Source: the human T2T-CHM13v2.0 reference genome, Homo sapiens. Taken from it: DNA of 64,000 nt. The translations under genes were made by a program, and so were the position numbers. Numbering within the stretch: position 1 is the stretch's first letter; every line of letters starts with the position of its first letter. Location of the stretch: the NCBI RefSeq assembly GCF_009914755.1, contig NC_060933.1; one strand, 5' to 3'. Shown here in pieces: positions 26,644 through 43,603 of this stretch. Below the pieces are notes generated by a model. It made no database searches. It was not told the DNA's origin and saw nothing but the letters and a program-made list of their open reading frames with translations.

Positions 26644-26885
26644 GGGCCAGGCGCCGTGGCTCACACCTATAATCCCAACACTTTGGGAGGCCAAGGCAGG
26701 AGAATTGCTTGAGCCCAGAAGTTTGAGGCCATCCTGGGGAACACAGGGAGACCCAGACTCTACAAAAAAATTTAAAAATTAGCTGGATGTGGTGGCATGT
26801 GCCCATGGTCCCAGCTACTTGAGAGGCTGGGGTGGGAGGATCTCTTGAGCCTGGGAGGTCGAGGCTGTAGTGAGCTGTGATTACG
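26644..26885 (+). mobile_element. AluJ, 3'-truncated
   Basis: Left arm and most of the right arm. Confidence 0.85.
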
Positions 26886-27538
26886 TGATTATGTGATTAC
26901 ATCTACACACATATAATACTTATTTTGTGTGTGTGTATATATACATATATATAAAAATACAAATTATTCGGTTTGTTAGCAGTGGCATCCTGCTTAGGAA
27001 TATTATTAACCCATATCATTTTTATTTGTAAATCAATTAGATTTCTTTAACATTCAGCTTCATAAGACATCAATAATTATACATACAATGGTTTCAAAAG
27101 AAAAGACTTCTTAAGCTGAGAAAGAAATGTTAACATTAATCAATTTGCAGACAATTGAAGAACATTTCTAATAAGATGCAAAACATGGTAGCCATTAAGG
27201 GAAAAACATGAAGTATTCTACATGAAAAAGAACAATTTCTGTTTAACAAAAGCCATCAAGTATAAATTTGTAAATTATAGTGTCAGAGGGTATCTGCATA
27301 CACGTATAACAAAGTATTCATATTCAGAATATATAAAAAACAAGTTAAAGAGAAAAAGCAAACAACCCAATAGAAGAATAGGCAAAAGATCTCAGTAGCC
27401 ACTTCATTAAAAATATCCAAATGATCAGTAAGCATATGAAAATATACTCGATTTCATTAATATTTATGCAAACAAAAGTCACAATAAGCTATCAATATAT
27501 GCTTACCAGAACAACTAAAATTAAAAATACACAATATC

Positions 27539-27833
27539 GGCCAGGCATGGTGGCTCACACCTGTATTACCAGCACTTTGGGAAGCTAAGGTGGGATTACT
27601 TGAGGTCAAGAGTTCGAGACCAGCCTGGCCAACATGGTAAAACCCTGTCTCTAATAAAAATATAAAAATTAGCCATGTGTAGTGGCACGTGCCTGTAATC
27701 CCAGCTACTCAGGAGCCTGAGGCACATGAATCGCTTGAACCCAGGAGGCGGAGGTTGCAGTGAGCCGAGACCACGCCACTGCATTCCAGCCTGGGTGACA
27801 AAGTCAGACTCTGTCTTTAAAAAAAAAAAAAAA
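27539..27833 (+). mobile_element. AluS
   Basis: Dimer; tail runs into a microsatellite. Confidence 0.9.

Positions 27834-27892
<59 letters not shown>
27834..27892. repeat. (TA)n(CA)~23 microsatellite
   Basis: Read directly from the sequence. Confidence 0.95.
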
Positions 27893-27895
<3 letters not shown>

Positions 27896-28093
27896 AAGTG
27901 TTGGCAAAGTTCTGGAATAACTAAACTGACATATTTCTGGTAAGAGTATAAAATCACTTTTGAAAATTAGTAGACTCTACTAAAGATAAGCACCTGCATA
28001 TCCTAGGACCCAATAATTCCACTTCTAGACACATACCAAGTAAAATGCACACATGTGTCCACAAAAAGATTTGTCAAGAATATCCATAAATGT

Positions 28094-28398
28094 GGCCGGG
28101 CACAGTGGCTCACACCTATAATCCCAGCACCTTGGGAGGCCAAGGTGAGCGGATCACCTGAGGTCAGGAGTTTGAGACCAGCCTGGCCAACAAGGTGAAA
28201 CCCCACTTCTACTAAAAATACAAAAATTAGCTGGGCATGGTGGCGGGCGCCTGTAGTCCCAGCTACTTGGGAGGCTGAGGCAGGATAATCACTTCAACCT
28301 GGGAGGCGGAGGTTGCAGTGAGCCAAGATTGTGCCATTGCACTCCAGACTGGGCAACAAGAGCACAATTCTGTCTCTGTCTCCAAAAAAAAAAGAAAA
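28094..28398 (+). mobile_element. AluS
   Basis: Dimer. Confidence 0.9.
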
Positions 28399-30594
28399 CA
28401 CATCCATGTTCATGGATTGGAAGACTTGAAATTGTTTAAATGTCCATAATATTCAAAGTGATCTACAGGATCAATGCAATCCTTATCAAAATCCCAATGG
28501 CATTTTTGCAGGAAAAAAAAAAAAAATCCTGACATTCATATAGAACACAAAGGATCCCAAATCGCCAAAGCAATCTTGAGAAAAACAAAGCCGAAGGCCT
28601 CACATTTCCTAACTTCTACACATTACAAAGCTATAGTAATTCAAACAGTATGTTACTGACATAAAGACAAACATATAGACCAATGGAACAGATTAGAGAA
28701 CCCAGAAATAAACTCTCACTTACACGTTCAAATGATCTTCAACAAAGATGCCAAGGCTACACGATAGGAAAAGAACAGTTTCTTCAACATATGGTGCTGG
28801 TAAAATGTATATCCACATTTATAAAGAATGAAATTGGACTCTTACTTTACACCACATGAAAAAAAATTAACTCAAAATGAATTAAAGGCCTAGACATAAG
28901 ACCTGAAACTATAAAAGACCTATAAGAGACAAAGGGGGAAAGCTTCATGACAGTGGATTTGGCAGATTTCTTGGATATAACACCAAATGCACAAGCAACA
29001 AAAGAAAGTATGAACAAATGGGGCTAATATCAAACTCAAAACCCTCTGCACAGCAACGGAAATAACAGAGTAAAAAGACAATGAAAGAAATGGGAGAAAG
29101 AAATCATAAACTACATACGTGATAGGGGGTTAATAATCAGAATACATAAAGAGCTACTACAACTCAACAACAAAAACAATCCAATCAAAAAATGGGCAAA
29201 TTGAAGTCTGGGGACAGTGCTTATTAGAGAGAAAATTTTAAAATTAGTAAAACAAAACAAAAAATAGGTAAAGGACTTGAATAGACATTTCTCTGAAGAA
29301 GATATACGAATAGCCAACAAGCACAAGAAAAGATATTCAGCATTACTAATCATCAGGGAAATACAAATCAAAACCACATATCACCTCACATCTGTTAGGA
29401 TGGCCATTATTTGAAAAAATTTAAAACCGAAAAAATAAGTATTCACAAGGATGTGGAAAAACTGAAACCCCTGTGTACCACTGGTGGGAATAATGGTGCA
29501 GCCACTATGAAACACAGTATGATGGTTCCTCAAAATAATAAAAAACAGAATTACCACATGATCCAGCAATCTCACTTCTGGTATATACAAAAGAATTAAA
29601 AACAGGATCTCAAAGAGATATCTGCACACCATGTTCACTGCAGCGTTACTCACAATAGCACAATAGCTAAGAGGTGGAAGCAACCTAAATGCCCATGGAC
29701 AGATGAATGGATAAATAAAATGTGGTATATACCTACAATTATTCACCCTACAAAAAAGGGAAACCCTTCCATTTGCTGCAACATAAATGAACCTTGAGGA
29801 CACTATGCTAAGTGAAATAAGCCAGTCACAAAAAGAAAAATGTTGCATGATTCCACTTATATGAGGTATCTAAAATAGCCAAACTCTTGGAAACAGAAAG
29901 CAGAATGGGCTAGAAGAGAAAAGGAAGAGTTGTTGCTAAATGGACAGAGTTTCAGTTTTGTTAAGATGAAAAACTTCTAGCGATCTGTTGTACAACAATG
30001 TTCCTATAGTTAACATTACTACACTGTATACTCAAAAATGTACAAGATGGTAAATTTTGTATTTTTGACCAAAATGAGAGATAGAGGGCACACAAGCAAA
30101 CACGGTGAAACACACAAAAAGGGAATATTCATAGCAACACTACATATAAAATGGAAATAATTCAAATATCCACTGATACAATAAAATACTATATAGAAAT
30201 GAGAAGAACGAAAGGGATTGGGGCAATACACAACACAAGTTACTCTCACAAACATAATGTTGAATGAAAGAACCCAGACAGGAAGGACGATATACTATAT
30301 TTATTGGCTTATTCATATAAAGTTTAAAAACACAAAAAACTAACTTATGATGTTAGAAGTCAAGCTAATGAATACACTTGGAAGGAGGAAATGAATGAAA
30401 AAGGAAAGAAGGATTCCTGTGAGTATTAGCAATGGCCTGTTTCTTGCTCTGGATGCTGATTATATGGTATATGTATGTCATAATGTTATGGTAACAGTAA
30501 TACTAACCAATTAGAGTACAAAAAGAAAGCAATGAAGAAATATTTTATTAATATAGCTGTGAAAATTATAAACATACACAAAATACAGTACATA

Positions 30595-31150
30595 TGTGGT
30601 TGAATGCATATGTGATTGAGTGTCCCCTTCAATATCTCTATTCTCCTTCCCTTGTAAAGTAATAGAACTCCCTCAATTATGATTAGACAGGACACACCAG
30701 AATAAAGACCAATTTCCTAGACCCTTCACCCTCGCCCCCTTGAAGCTGGTGTGTCAATGTGACGAAGTTCTAGCTAACAGAATGAGAAAAAAGTGCAACT
30801 TCTCAGTCTTGTCCCTACAATGGACTCAGCCTCCACTTCTCAACTCTCACCCTTAGTGTGTAAGTCTCATCATTATGGCCCAAGATGGAGGAAAAAGTTC
30901 AGCTTCAACTGTCCTTGTTACCCTTCCTGTGGGTATGATGGAAAGAGAGTACTATTTTCTATCTTGAGAAGGTAGTCGTGTTGAGGATAAAAGAACAACA
31001 AAAGAGAAAAAGTCTGGTCCCCAACACAATTCAAGAAACTAAGTAAGCCCCTGACTACTTACCCAGACTTCAGAAGAACTTAGAAATAAACTTAAATCTG
31101 TATTTTTAGGTCTGTATTACGGTTCTATTAGCCATCTAACCTATAACTGA
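30595..31150 (+). mobile_element. Old MLT1 (MLT1J-like) LTR
   Basis: ctccttcccttgtaaagtaatagaactcc...cagaataaagaccaatttcc...gaaataaactt. Confidence 0.5.
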
Positions 31151-31384
31151 ATATAGCATATCAAAATACCCCACGACCAAGTTGGTTTATTCCAGGCATG
31201 CAATAATGGGTCAACATCAGGAAATTGTATTTCACTACATCAAAAAATTAATGGAGACCAAATCTCACAATTAACAGAAGCACAAAAGATGATGGTAACA
31301 TTTATAGCCATTGATAATAAAAACTAAGTAAAATAGAAAAGGAAGGAACCGATTAAAGTATGATGAAGGATTATTATCAAAACC

Positions 31385-31694
<310 letters not shown>

Positions 31695-32111
31695 TCCCAA
31701 CAGCAAACATTATATTAAAAGATTAAATAATAAAGCCACCTCCATTGCAATTAAGAACAAGACAAAGATAATCACAAATTACCACTGTTATTCAACTCAT
31801 TTATGGAGGTTCCAGTGAATACGTAACAAGTTAACAAAACAATCCATATATTTATATACTCGAAATTATCTTTATTTGAAGACACATCATTGAATAATTC
31901 CAAAATTCAAAAGACTAATAAAAAATTACTAAGACATTTTAGTTAAAGTAAGTATACATAAAATAAATATTCAAAAATCAATAGGTCTTCTCTGTACTAG
32001 CAGTATCCAGCTAAAAATGAAAACAGGAAAAAAAAATTCCCATTCAATAATAGCAAAAATACTAAATTAAGTTTAGCTGTATATAACAATATTTGAAGTA
32101 ATAGTTACTTA

Positions 32112-32419
<308 letters not shown>

Positions 32420-33074
32420 TTAATCTCTTGCTCACATGAAAAGTCTAAATGTAGGAATTCCAGATCTGGAATGGTGACAATGTTATCAGGCTCTAGCTGT
32501 CTCTGTTACAGATGCCTGTCATTCCCATCATTATCTAAGAAGCTGGAACACCCACAGGCAATAAGATTGGAGGAAAAAAAAAAAAAGGAAAAACAGTGTA
32601 CCCATGTAGAGATGCCCTAAAAGTTTCATATTACACTTCCACTTATACCTTGTCAAGACTTAATTACATGACCACATCTAGCTATAAGGAAGAACAGAAG
32701 AGTAGCAGTTTCATCTGGGTAGCAATGTGTCAGATAAAAATTGAGGTTCTGTTGGTAAAAAAAAAAAAAAAAAAAAAAGAATAGCATTGGGGTACACAAT
32801 AAACAATCTCTGCCATTAATTCCTAAGATACATTTTAAAAGAAAACTATGTGATTTATATGGAAAAGTGTGGAACTTTTTCAAAATTGTCAAAGGACATA
32901 AAATAGAACCTAAAAACATGGAATCATAGGTCATAATCCCAAATGGAAAGATAATACCAAAAAATGATCAATATTTCACATTAACATATAACTCTAACAT
33001 AATTCTTATCAGAATCCCTAAGATATTGTAGGTAAAGGTTCGGGGAAGAAGGATTCTTTGTTTTAGAACTAGAT

Positions 33075-33291
33075 CAAGCTTGTCCAACATGCAGCCTGTG
33101 CACAGCATGCAGCCCAGGACAGCTTTGAATGCGGCCCAAAACAAATTCGTAAACTTTCTTAAAACGTTGTGAGACTGTTTTGCAATGGTTTTTTAGCTCA
33201 TCAGCTATCATTAATGTTAGTGTATTTTATGTGTGGCCCAAGAGAATTCTTCCAATGTGGGTCAGGGAAGCTAAAAGATTGGACGCCCCTG
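33075..33291. mobile_element. MER30 hAT-Charlie element
   Basis: caagcttgtccaac...gctcatcagctatcattaatgttagtgtattttatgtgtggccc...gattggacgcccctg. Confidence 0.85.
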
Positions 33292-33589
33292 AATTCGATG
33301 AAATAATTTAAAGCTGACATGGAAAAAGACATGCCCACATTAAGCTAAGAGAATTTTTTAAAACAACACCTAAACAGAATTTTAGTGTTAGGTGACAGAA
33401 TCAGATGTTAACTTTTTAATAACAACACCTAAATAGAATGACTGTTAAGTCCTAGTTTGCCTGAGGCTGTCACAATTTCGTACCATTGTTCTAGTATCTT
33501 GTATGCTTTAACGCTTTCATTTTTAAAAAGAATTATTATTAATAGTTACATTAAAATAAGCTAGAATGAGCTTGGTAGATCCAGTTCTT

Positions 33590-34240
33590 TTCATTCTGTC
33601 TCTATACTTGTTCACTTTCCCGAACATCTATGTTCCCATGGTCCCAAACACCATATAAGCTCCTGGTCTGGAAAAGGAGGTCCATTCATCCCCACCTCCC
33701 TACAACTCCAAAAACATCTGGATAAAGAAACCCTCCCTTCTCTGAAACTCTCCATGTCCATGGCTTCAGTTGTCAACTGTGTATGATACTATCAAATTTC
33801 TTTCACGATGTTGAGACCAGGGACCCACTGCCTATCTGTCATTTCCATTTGGATGTTCCAAAGGAAACTCAAACTCAATATATACAAATCTGAACCTGTG
33901 TCGTCCAACTCTGTTCTTCCTACATTCGAATAGAAATGAATGGCACAACCATTCATTACCATTCATCTACCCAATTATCTAAGTCCAAGTTCAAAACCTG
34001 GAAATCAATGGTGATATCCCTTATTCAAACATTCAATTAATCATCAATTACTATCAATTTTATCTTCTATAAGTTATTCAATTTTCTTCATCACACTACC
34101 ACTGCCACAGTGCCAGTTACCATCCTTTATTAGGATTACAGCAATAATCCAAATAAAGGATAATAATAATAATAATAAATCCTCTTCACTGCTCACTCTC
34201 TTTCCAGTACTGCACTCCTTCAATTCACTTTACGGCCACT
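33590..34240 (+). mobile_element. L2 fragment
   Basis: catttggatgttccaaaggaaactcaaactcaatatatacaaatctgaac; aatgaatggcacaaccatt; aaacctggaaatca. Confidence 0.55.
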
Positions 34241-34360
34241 AAATTTCAAGAACATTTATTTTAAAATCACGTGGTACCTTATGGTACGTAAATTACTTCA
34301 ATTTTTAAAACGTATCGTCTTATACTTTAATACTTCTATTCAAGTCCATCATCACTCAAG

Positions 34361-34659
34361 TTTTGTTTTTTGTTTTTGAGATGGAGTCTCGCTCTGTCCC
34401 CCAGGCTGAAGTGCAATGGCACGTTTCGGCTCCCTGCCACCTCCGCTTCCCAGGTTCAAGCAATTCTCCCTGCCTCAGCCTCCCAAGTAGCTGGGATTAC
34501 AGGTTCCCGCCATCACACCCAGCTAATTTTTGTATTTTTAGTAGAGACGGGGTTTCGCCATGTTGGCCAGGCTGGTCTTGAACTCCTGACCTCAGGTGAT
34601 CAGCCAGCCTCGGCCTCCCAAAGTGCTGGGGATTACAGGCATGAGCCACCACACCTGAC
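34361..34659 (-). mobile_element. AluS about 330 bp downstream of the exon 3 donor
   Basis: Dimer reverse complement. Confidence 0.9.
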
Positions 34660-34986
34660 TTCAACCCAAGTTTTAGATCTAGCTCTTTTACTCAATAGTT
34701 CTGGGTCACCAATTTATTGACAGTATTTTTATCAAAATTATGTAACACAAAGAACATCAATCAAAAAACTGAATCATCAAATTAGATCCAAATGAATCCT
34801 TAAAATTTGAGAGGTATAACTAGTGATTTCACCTATGTAAACAGTATATAGTACTTTACCGAAACAAATTTTAGCTTTTGTTATGAACAGTGGCACTTCA
34901 ACATGATATAAGCAAAATAAGAGCATTGTAAAAAAACAATTTGAAACCCACAGAAATCAAATATTAAAAAAAAAAAAAAAACTCAC

Positions 34987-35071
34987 CATACACACCTGTA
35001 GAAGGAGTAGAACTATTCATGGTAAAAGGTCCGTTAATGATGCCAGAAGAAAGAAGCTCATCAGATCCCCG
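34987..35071 (-). CDS. PTBP3: PTBP3 exon 3: 85 nt with the distal donor, 76 nt (34996-35071) with the proximal donor; contains internal start AUG at 35020-35018
   Basis: Acceptor ccttttcag|CGG GGA TCT. Translates RGSDELLSSGIINGPFTMNSSTPST(GVY). Donors CAG|gtgtgt and ATG|gtgagt are both phase 1. Confidence 0.95.
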
Positions 35072-37625
35072 CTGAAAAGGAAAACCAATGTTTGGTTAAT
35101 AAACCAAGTTTTAGATAATGGTCCATATTTACTAAAAGTATTAAAAGCTAATAATATTACTTCATCTTTGTATGAAGACATTAAAGGGGGAACTCCTCAA
35201 GAATCACAAAATCAAATGAACTGCATAGCAAGAAAAAATTACTGCAAATCCACAACTATATAAACACAACTGCCACCACAGAAATGGGGGCATAATCTTT
35301 AAATTCTTTCTAACCAAACGCAGGTTTCCAAAACATAACATCTGAAAGTGCCAAACCATATTTAGGGGGTTGCATTATGACATTGTTTTTGTAGCATATA
35401 TTTGTATGCAAATAGTTTGTACAGTCCTCCCTAAGAATCCTGACTTTTCAATACCAACGTATTTTTTTAAGTAGAAAATATACTTCATTTCCATACTGGC
35501 CAAATTCTTTATAATCAATAACTTTTTATCCATTAATCCTCCAAATGATCTTTAATACAGACTATTTCTTAAACAATTGTTTAAGTAATTTACTCTTTTT
35601 TTCAGGTAAGAGTTTTGATCAACTTCCAAATCTGAACTGGCAACACTAAAAAGTAACTCAGAGAAGTCTTTTCATTGTAATGTAAGATCTACCACCAACA
35701 TTTAAAAGATTACTTTCAGGAAGGACAATAAATACTATGTACAAAGTTAAAACCAACCTATTTTAAATAGTACTATTGGTTTACCTTGGCCAATTTTTAA
35801 GAACAAGTGTTTTGATACACTGGATAATAAAAATTAATCCCCAAACAATCCTACAAATATTAGAACAGCAATAGTGCTACAGCACATATTTAATGTTTAA
35901 GTGTAGGTGCCACTTCTGTAGGGAACAACTTTAGCCTTTGCTGAAGAAAGACAAACCACCAATATATCTATATAATAGAAATACAATTATTTAAACAAGT
36001 CCTGTATTTAAACATCCAGAAATTACTCCCTTTGGATCTTTCACTGGAAGTTTATAGAGACATCTGGGAATAAGAAGAAGGAATTAAGTAAGCAGGATAA
36101 AAGAAAACTGAAAATCTCAACTCCCAGAAAAATCAAGATTAAGGCCTCACTTAAAGCACAGGTCTTCCTAATAAAATCTGAGATGTAGATATTATCAGGC
36201 TACATATGATAATTAACAGACTGTGGTTTGCTGGCTACCTGCAGATAAAGACACATTTTCACAGCTTTAAATGTATTAATAGTAAAAATTAAAACATACA
36301 CAACATGATTTTTATATATGAGAAATTTGGTTAAATGCATTACTAACAGATATATCTTCCACACATATGAGTTAGCATCAGTATGTTTCTACCTATAAAT
36401 CAAGTTAATATAAAGTTAGAAACCACTTGAAGGTGGTCACTTTAGCTCTTTCGAGATTTGCAGAAATGTATTTTTTCAAGAATAACAAAAAGCACAAGTA
36501 TAAAGCAAAAATACTGATAACCTAGATAACATTAAAATTAACAATTTTATTTAACAAAAGACATCATTAGGAGAATAAACAGACAAGTCATGGAATAAGA
36601 AGATATCTGCGATATGTAAAACCAACAAAGGGTTTATATCCAGCACGTACTAAGAAAAAGAAAAAAGGAAAAACAAAACACTAGAAATCAGTAAGAAAAA
36701 CCCAAGATAACAGAAAAATGACAAGAGACTTTAACAGCCATCTCACAAAGTGGTGGACTATGTCACTGTTCCAGAGTATTTGTACCCTCTCCTTTTCCTG
36801 AACAAGAATTATTCATCCCCATCCATGGCCATGTGACTTGCAATGCCTCCAGTGGGAGGAGTATAACTCCCTCCCCCCATTGACAACACAGTTTTGTAAT
36901 ATCCTTTGGCAAATGGAACATGAATGGACATGACCTATACTTAATCCAAACAGTAACTTCAAAAATCAGTCATTTCTGCCAGTTTTTTCTCTTTCCCTCT
37001 GAAATAAGAGCATATCTCAAATAGGAGGTACTCTTTCAGCCTGATTCTCAGAATAACAAGTGTAGCTCCATAACAGCTACCACCATTGTAAGTGAACAAG
37101 AAATAAATGTTTTTTTAAACAACTTATAAATGACTAATACCATATCCAATCAAACTAAAGATATTTGACCGCATCCTCATTGGTCATCAGGGAAATGCAA
37201 GTTAAAACCACAATGAAATACTGTAAAATTAAAAAGATTGACAATATCATGTTAGTAATAATGTGGGGTGACAAAAACTCTTATATGGGAGTTAAGTATA
37301 ATTTAGTGAGAGTGTAAATTGGTACCACTTGGAAAACTGTCTGATCCAATCTATTAAAGTCAAATATATGAATATCCTAGGATCCTTACATAGTCTACTC
37401 CGATGCATAAACCCCAAGATATTGCCTGCTTGTGTGCACCTAGACATATAAGATTGTCTTCAGCAGCATTATTTGTACTCGTCAAACTGGAAACAACTAA
37501 ATGCCATCAACTGCAGAATAACTGAGTAAATGTTTGTAAATGCATGCAATGACTATACAACAATGAGAATGAACTACGGCTCCACATAACACAGATAAAT
37601 CTCACAAACCTAAAACGTCAGTCAC

Positions 37626-38112
<487 letters not shown>

Positions 38113-39722
38113 ATGGATTATCAAAACCAAAAGCACGAATGGCAATAAATAAATAAATAAACTGAACTTTGTCAAATATAAAAACTTTTGTATTTCAAAG
38201 AATACCATCAAGAGAATAAAAAGACAACATGGAGAATGGAAGAAAGTATTTACAAGTCACACATCTCACAAGAAACTGGTACCTAGAACACCTAAGAACC
38301 CTTAAGATCAACAATAAAAAAAGACAACCCATTGGATTTGAAAAGGTATTTCTCCAAAGAAGGCCAGTAAGTACATGAAAAGATGCTCAACCTAATTAGT
38401 CATTAAGGAAATGCAAATCAAAAGCCACTTCAAGGAAAAATTAAGACCATGATACATACTACCACTTAACTATCAGAACACCTAAAATAAAAAGTTACAA
38501 TATCAAATGCAGACCAGGATGTGGAAAAAATAGATCTCTCATACATTGCTGGTAGCAATGTAAAATGGTACAGACACTCTGGAAAGTAGTTTGGTGTTTT
38601 CTGAAAAAAAGAAAAAAAAAACAAACAAAAAAACTAAACATACACTTAGCAACCTCAAAAGATAATATGCTCTATGATTTCACCTACAGTATTCTCAAAA
38701 TGACAAAAATTATAGAGATGGAAAACAGATTAGTGGTTGCCAGGAGATAGAGATGGTTGGGTGGAGGTGGTAGGTGATTATAAATGGTACCATAAGGAGA
38801 TCTTTGTGGTGATGGATTAGTTCTATATCTTGACTGTGATGGTAGTTATGTGAATCTACATATGCAATAAGATCAAACAGAACTATATACAGGCACTGTG
38901 CCAATACCAATGCTTCTGTTTTGATGGTGTACTATAATTATATAAGATGTAACCACTGGAGGAAACTTAGTGAGGGGCACACAGGACCTTTCTGTACTAT
39001 CTTTATAACTTGCCATGCATCTCTAATTGTTTGAAAAGTTTAATAAAATTAAAATTAAAAAATAAAATATAGGACAACAGGTACTTCATTCTGAGCCAAA
39101 GGATTCCTACTGGCTTGAGAGTCCTGCTGTCTTCACTAACAGTCATCACTAACACCTGTGTTCAACCCTGCCACAGCCCGCTGTTACAGATCATCCTCAA
39201 CACTGTGCTTCTGTACAACAGTGGTCCAGAAGGCATCCCTTCAAAGATAAGCAGAACAAAAAGAAAAGAAAGGAACATTACAAAACGCAGATAACATATA
39301 CCAGAAACTACACAAATTTCAATTGACAGCAAATAGCTTTTTGTAAAATGAAAAAAAACATTGACCTAATACCCTCTCTACAACAAAACTATAAAGGGAT
39401 ACAACAGCTCAAGGGAAAGGCAAATAAGAAATCTACCAAAAGAGTTAAAGGAAAAATTGACGAGAAAAAAGAATACGGCAGTATCTTGAAAGTCAAACAT
39501 TTGAGAAGTCAAAAGCGCAAACACCTTTCTACCATCCAAACAAGTTACCTGCTCTTTTCATATTTTTGACATAAAAAAACTGGAAAGAAGAAATGTACAG
39601 GAAAGCACTTTATCTTAGAGACACTTGAGATTACCAGAAAGGCACCTAGACGAGGTGTTAAACTGTTAACACAGGCCCCAGACAAGGGCTAAGAATCCCA
39701 AAAGCTGACTATATTCTTCATC

Positions 39723-40034
39723 TTTTTTTTTTTTTTTTTTTTTTTTTTTTGGAGACAAGGTCTTGCTCTGTCACCCAGGCTGGAGTACAGTGACACGATC
39801 TTAGCTCACTGCAACCTCCGCCTCCCAGGTTCCAATGATTCTCGTGTCTCAGCCTCCTGAGCAGCTGGGATTACAGGTGTCCGCCCACAACACCCAGCTA
39901 ATTTTTGCATTTTTGGTAGAGACAGGGTTTCACCCTGTTGGTCAGGCTGGTCTCGAACTCCTGACCTCAAGTGATCTGCCCACCTCTGCCTCCTAAAGTG
40001 CTGGGATTACAGGCGTGAGCCACCACGCCCAGCC
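39723..40034 (-). mobile_element. AluS
   Basis: TSD tgactatattcttc. Confidence 0.92.
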
Positions 40035-40728
40035 TGACTATATTCTTCTTAATGCACACATGCCATTTCAGTTTCAATTTGGGGAGAAAAGTAAGTTACT
40101 CATGTTTTTTTTCTATTTTTTTCTCATTCGATAAACTGTTACCTACTTTCCTACCAAATAAATTTCCAATCAACCATTAATGTGAAATTATTCCACTGGT
40201 TACTGAATCAAGTCTAAATGTCCTGTGATGGCAATGAAACAATCTTTCTAATCTGGATCTCTTGCTCACAGTAACACTCCCCTGTCATGTAATTTTCTCC
40301 AAATAAATCATACTTATTCTGCATCTTTTTATGATATTATCCTGCTTCAAGCACTATCCCTTTGCTACATACCCAATCCTATCTACTAGTCACAGATAAA
40401 ATGGCACCACATCCTTGAGAATTTTTCTATCCCAAGTGAAAAGGTTCAACTTAATTTTTATCATCTTTCAACATTAAAATGTGTATGGTTCCAGAATGTT
40501 AGTTCACTCACATGATATATTCTTCCTGTATGTATAATTATCAATAACATAATTTTGTCAAATATGTACACAAAGTTAGTTCTCAGATACCTTGAGGTCT
40601 CTTATTTGTGCCTTATACTAGATTATATTCTTCCAGAGCCTATAGCAGAGTATCAGGTGCAAGATTAACAGCCCTCTGCCTTGGCTAATCAATACAATCG
40701 CATGGGCAGCTTGAAAATAAATACTACA

Positions 40729-41517
<789 letters not shown>

Positions 41518-41715
41518 TTATTTAAGCATCTTTACCTACTTATCCAGTTATCTCAGAATAAATCTATAAATGTGAAATGGCTGGATCATATTTCATTTTG
41601 ATAAATCATTCATCTTAATATGAATTTTACAAAGTTATAATATGAATCTATGCTCCGCTCTATTATCCTTTTAACTGATAAGCTTTCTCCATGTTGTTAG
41701 TCTGTCATTATTCAT

Positions 41716-41984
41716 TTATTTATTTTTGTGAGACAGAGTCTCGTTCTGTCACTCCGGCTGGACTGCAGGGGGATGTTCATAGCTCACTGTAGCCTCAACC
41801 TTCCAGGTCAAGCAATCCTCACACCTTGGCCTCCCATGTAGCTAGGACTAGAGGCATGCATCACTTTGCCTGGCTGATTTTTTAATTTTTGTAGACAGAA
41901 AAATTTTTTTTATTATACTTTACTCTACTGATTGATCGCTTATTTTTTATTTTTTTGTAGACTCTTGCTATTTTGCCCAGGCTG
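41716..41984 (-). mobile_element. Degraded AluJ
   Basis: Right arm plus partial left arm. Confidence 0.8.
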
Positions 41985-42304
41985 CATCACAATTATTTTT
42001 AGTAGATTATTAAAATTCTATAACAACATCCTTAACTATTCCCCTATTTTAAATTATAGTGTTTTGTCTTTAATATAGCATTTTTTCAGGATAAATATTC
42101 AGAAGTGAAACAGACAACTTTTCTTTTTTGAGGAAAAGATAAAACTACAAGAAATCTCAAATTCCTATAGCAAAATGTAGGGTAACTTCGAGTTACTACT
42201 GCACTACAGGTGATGACTAAGAAGCATTTTTATTTTTACAGGAGTTTTTCAAATACTGTTAAAATTAGCAAATGACTGCCTTATTTTAATATGGCCCACA
42301 GTTT

Positions 42305-43267
<963 letters not shown>

Positions 43268-43305
43268 TGGTTAAATAAATATAACAAAATTATTAATTTG
43301 CTTAA

Positions 43306-43603
<298 letters not shown>

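Larger units (their letters stand above)
27150..30480 (+). mobile_element. L1M 3' regions, including an L1MA-like ORF2 end/3'UTR at about 28400-30070
   Basis: catccatgttcatggattggaagac; gaccaatggaacagattagagaacccagaaataaac; gatgaatggataaataaaatgtggtatat. Confidence 0.8.

Noticed and set aside
39134-39153. Two CACTAAC (QKI/branch-point-like) motifs
   Set aside because: They are on the plus strand, so absent from PTBP3 pre-mRNA, and there is no evidence of an antisense transcript.
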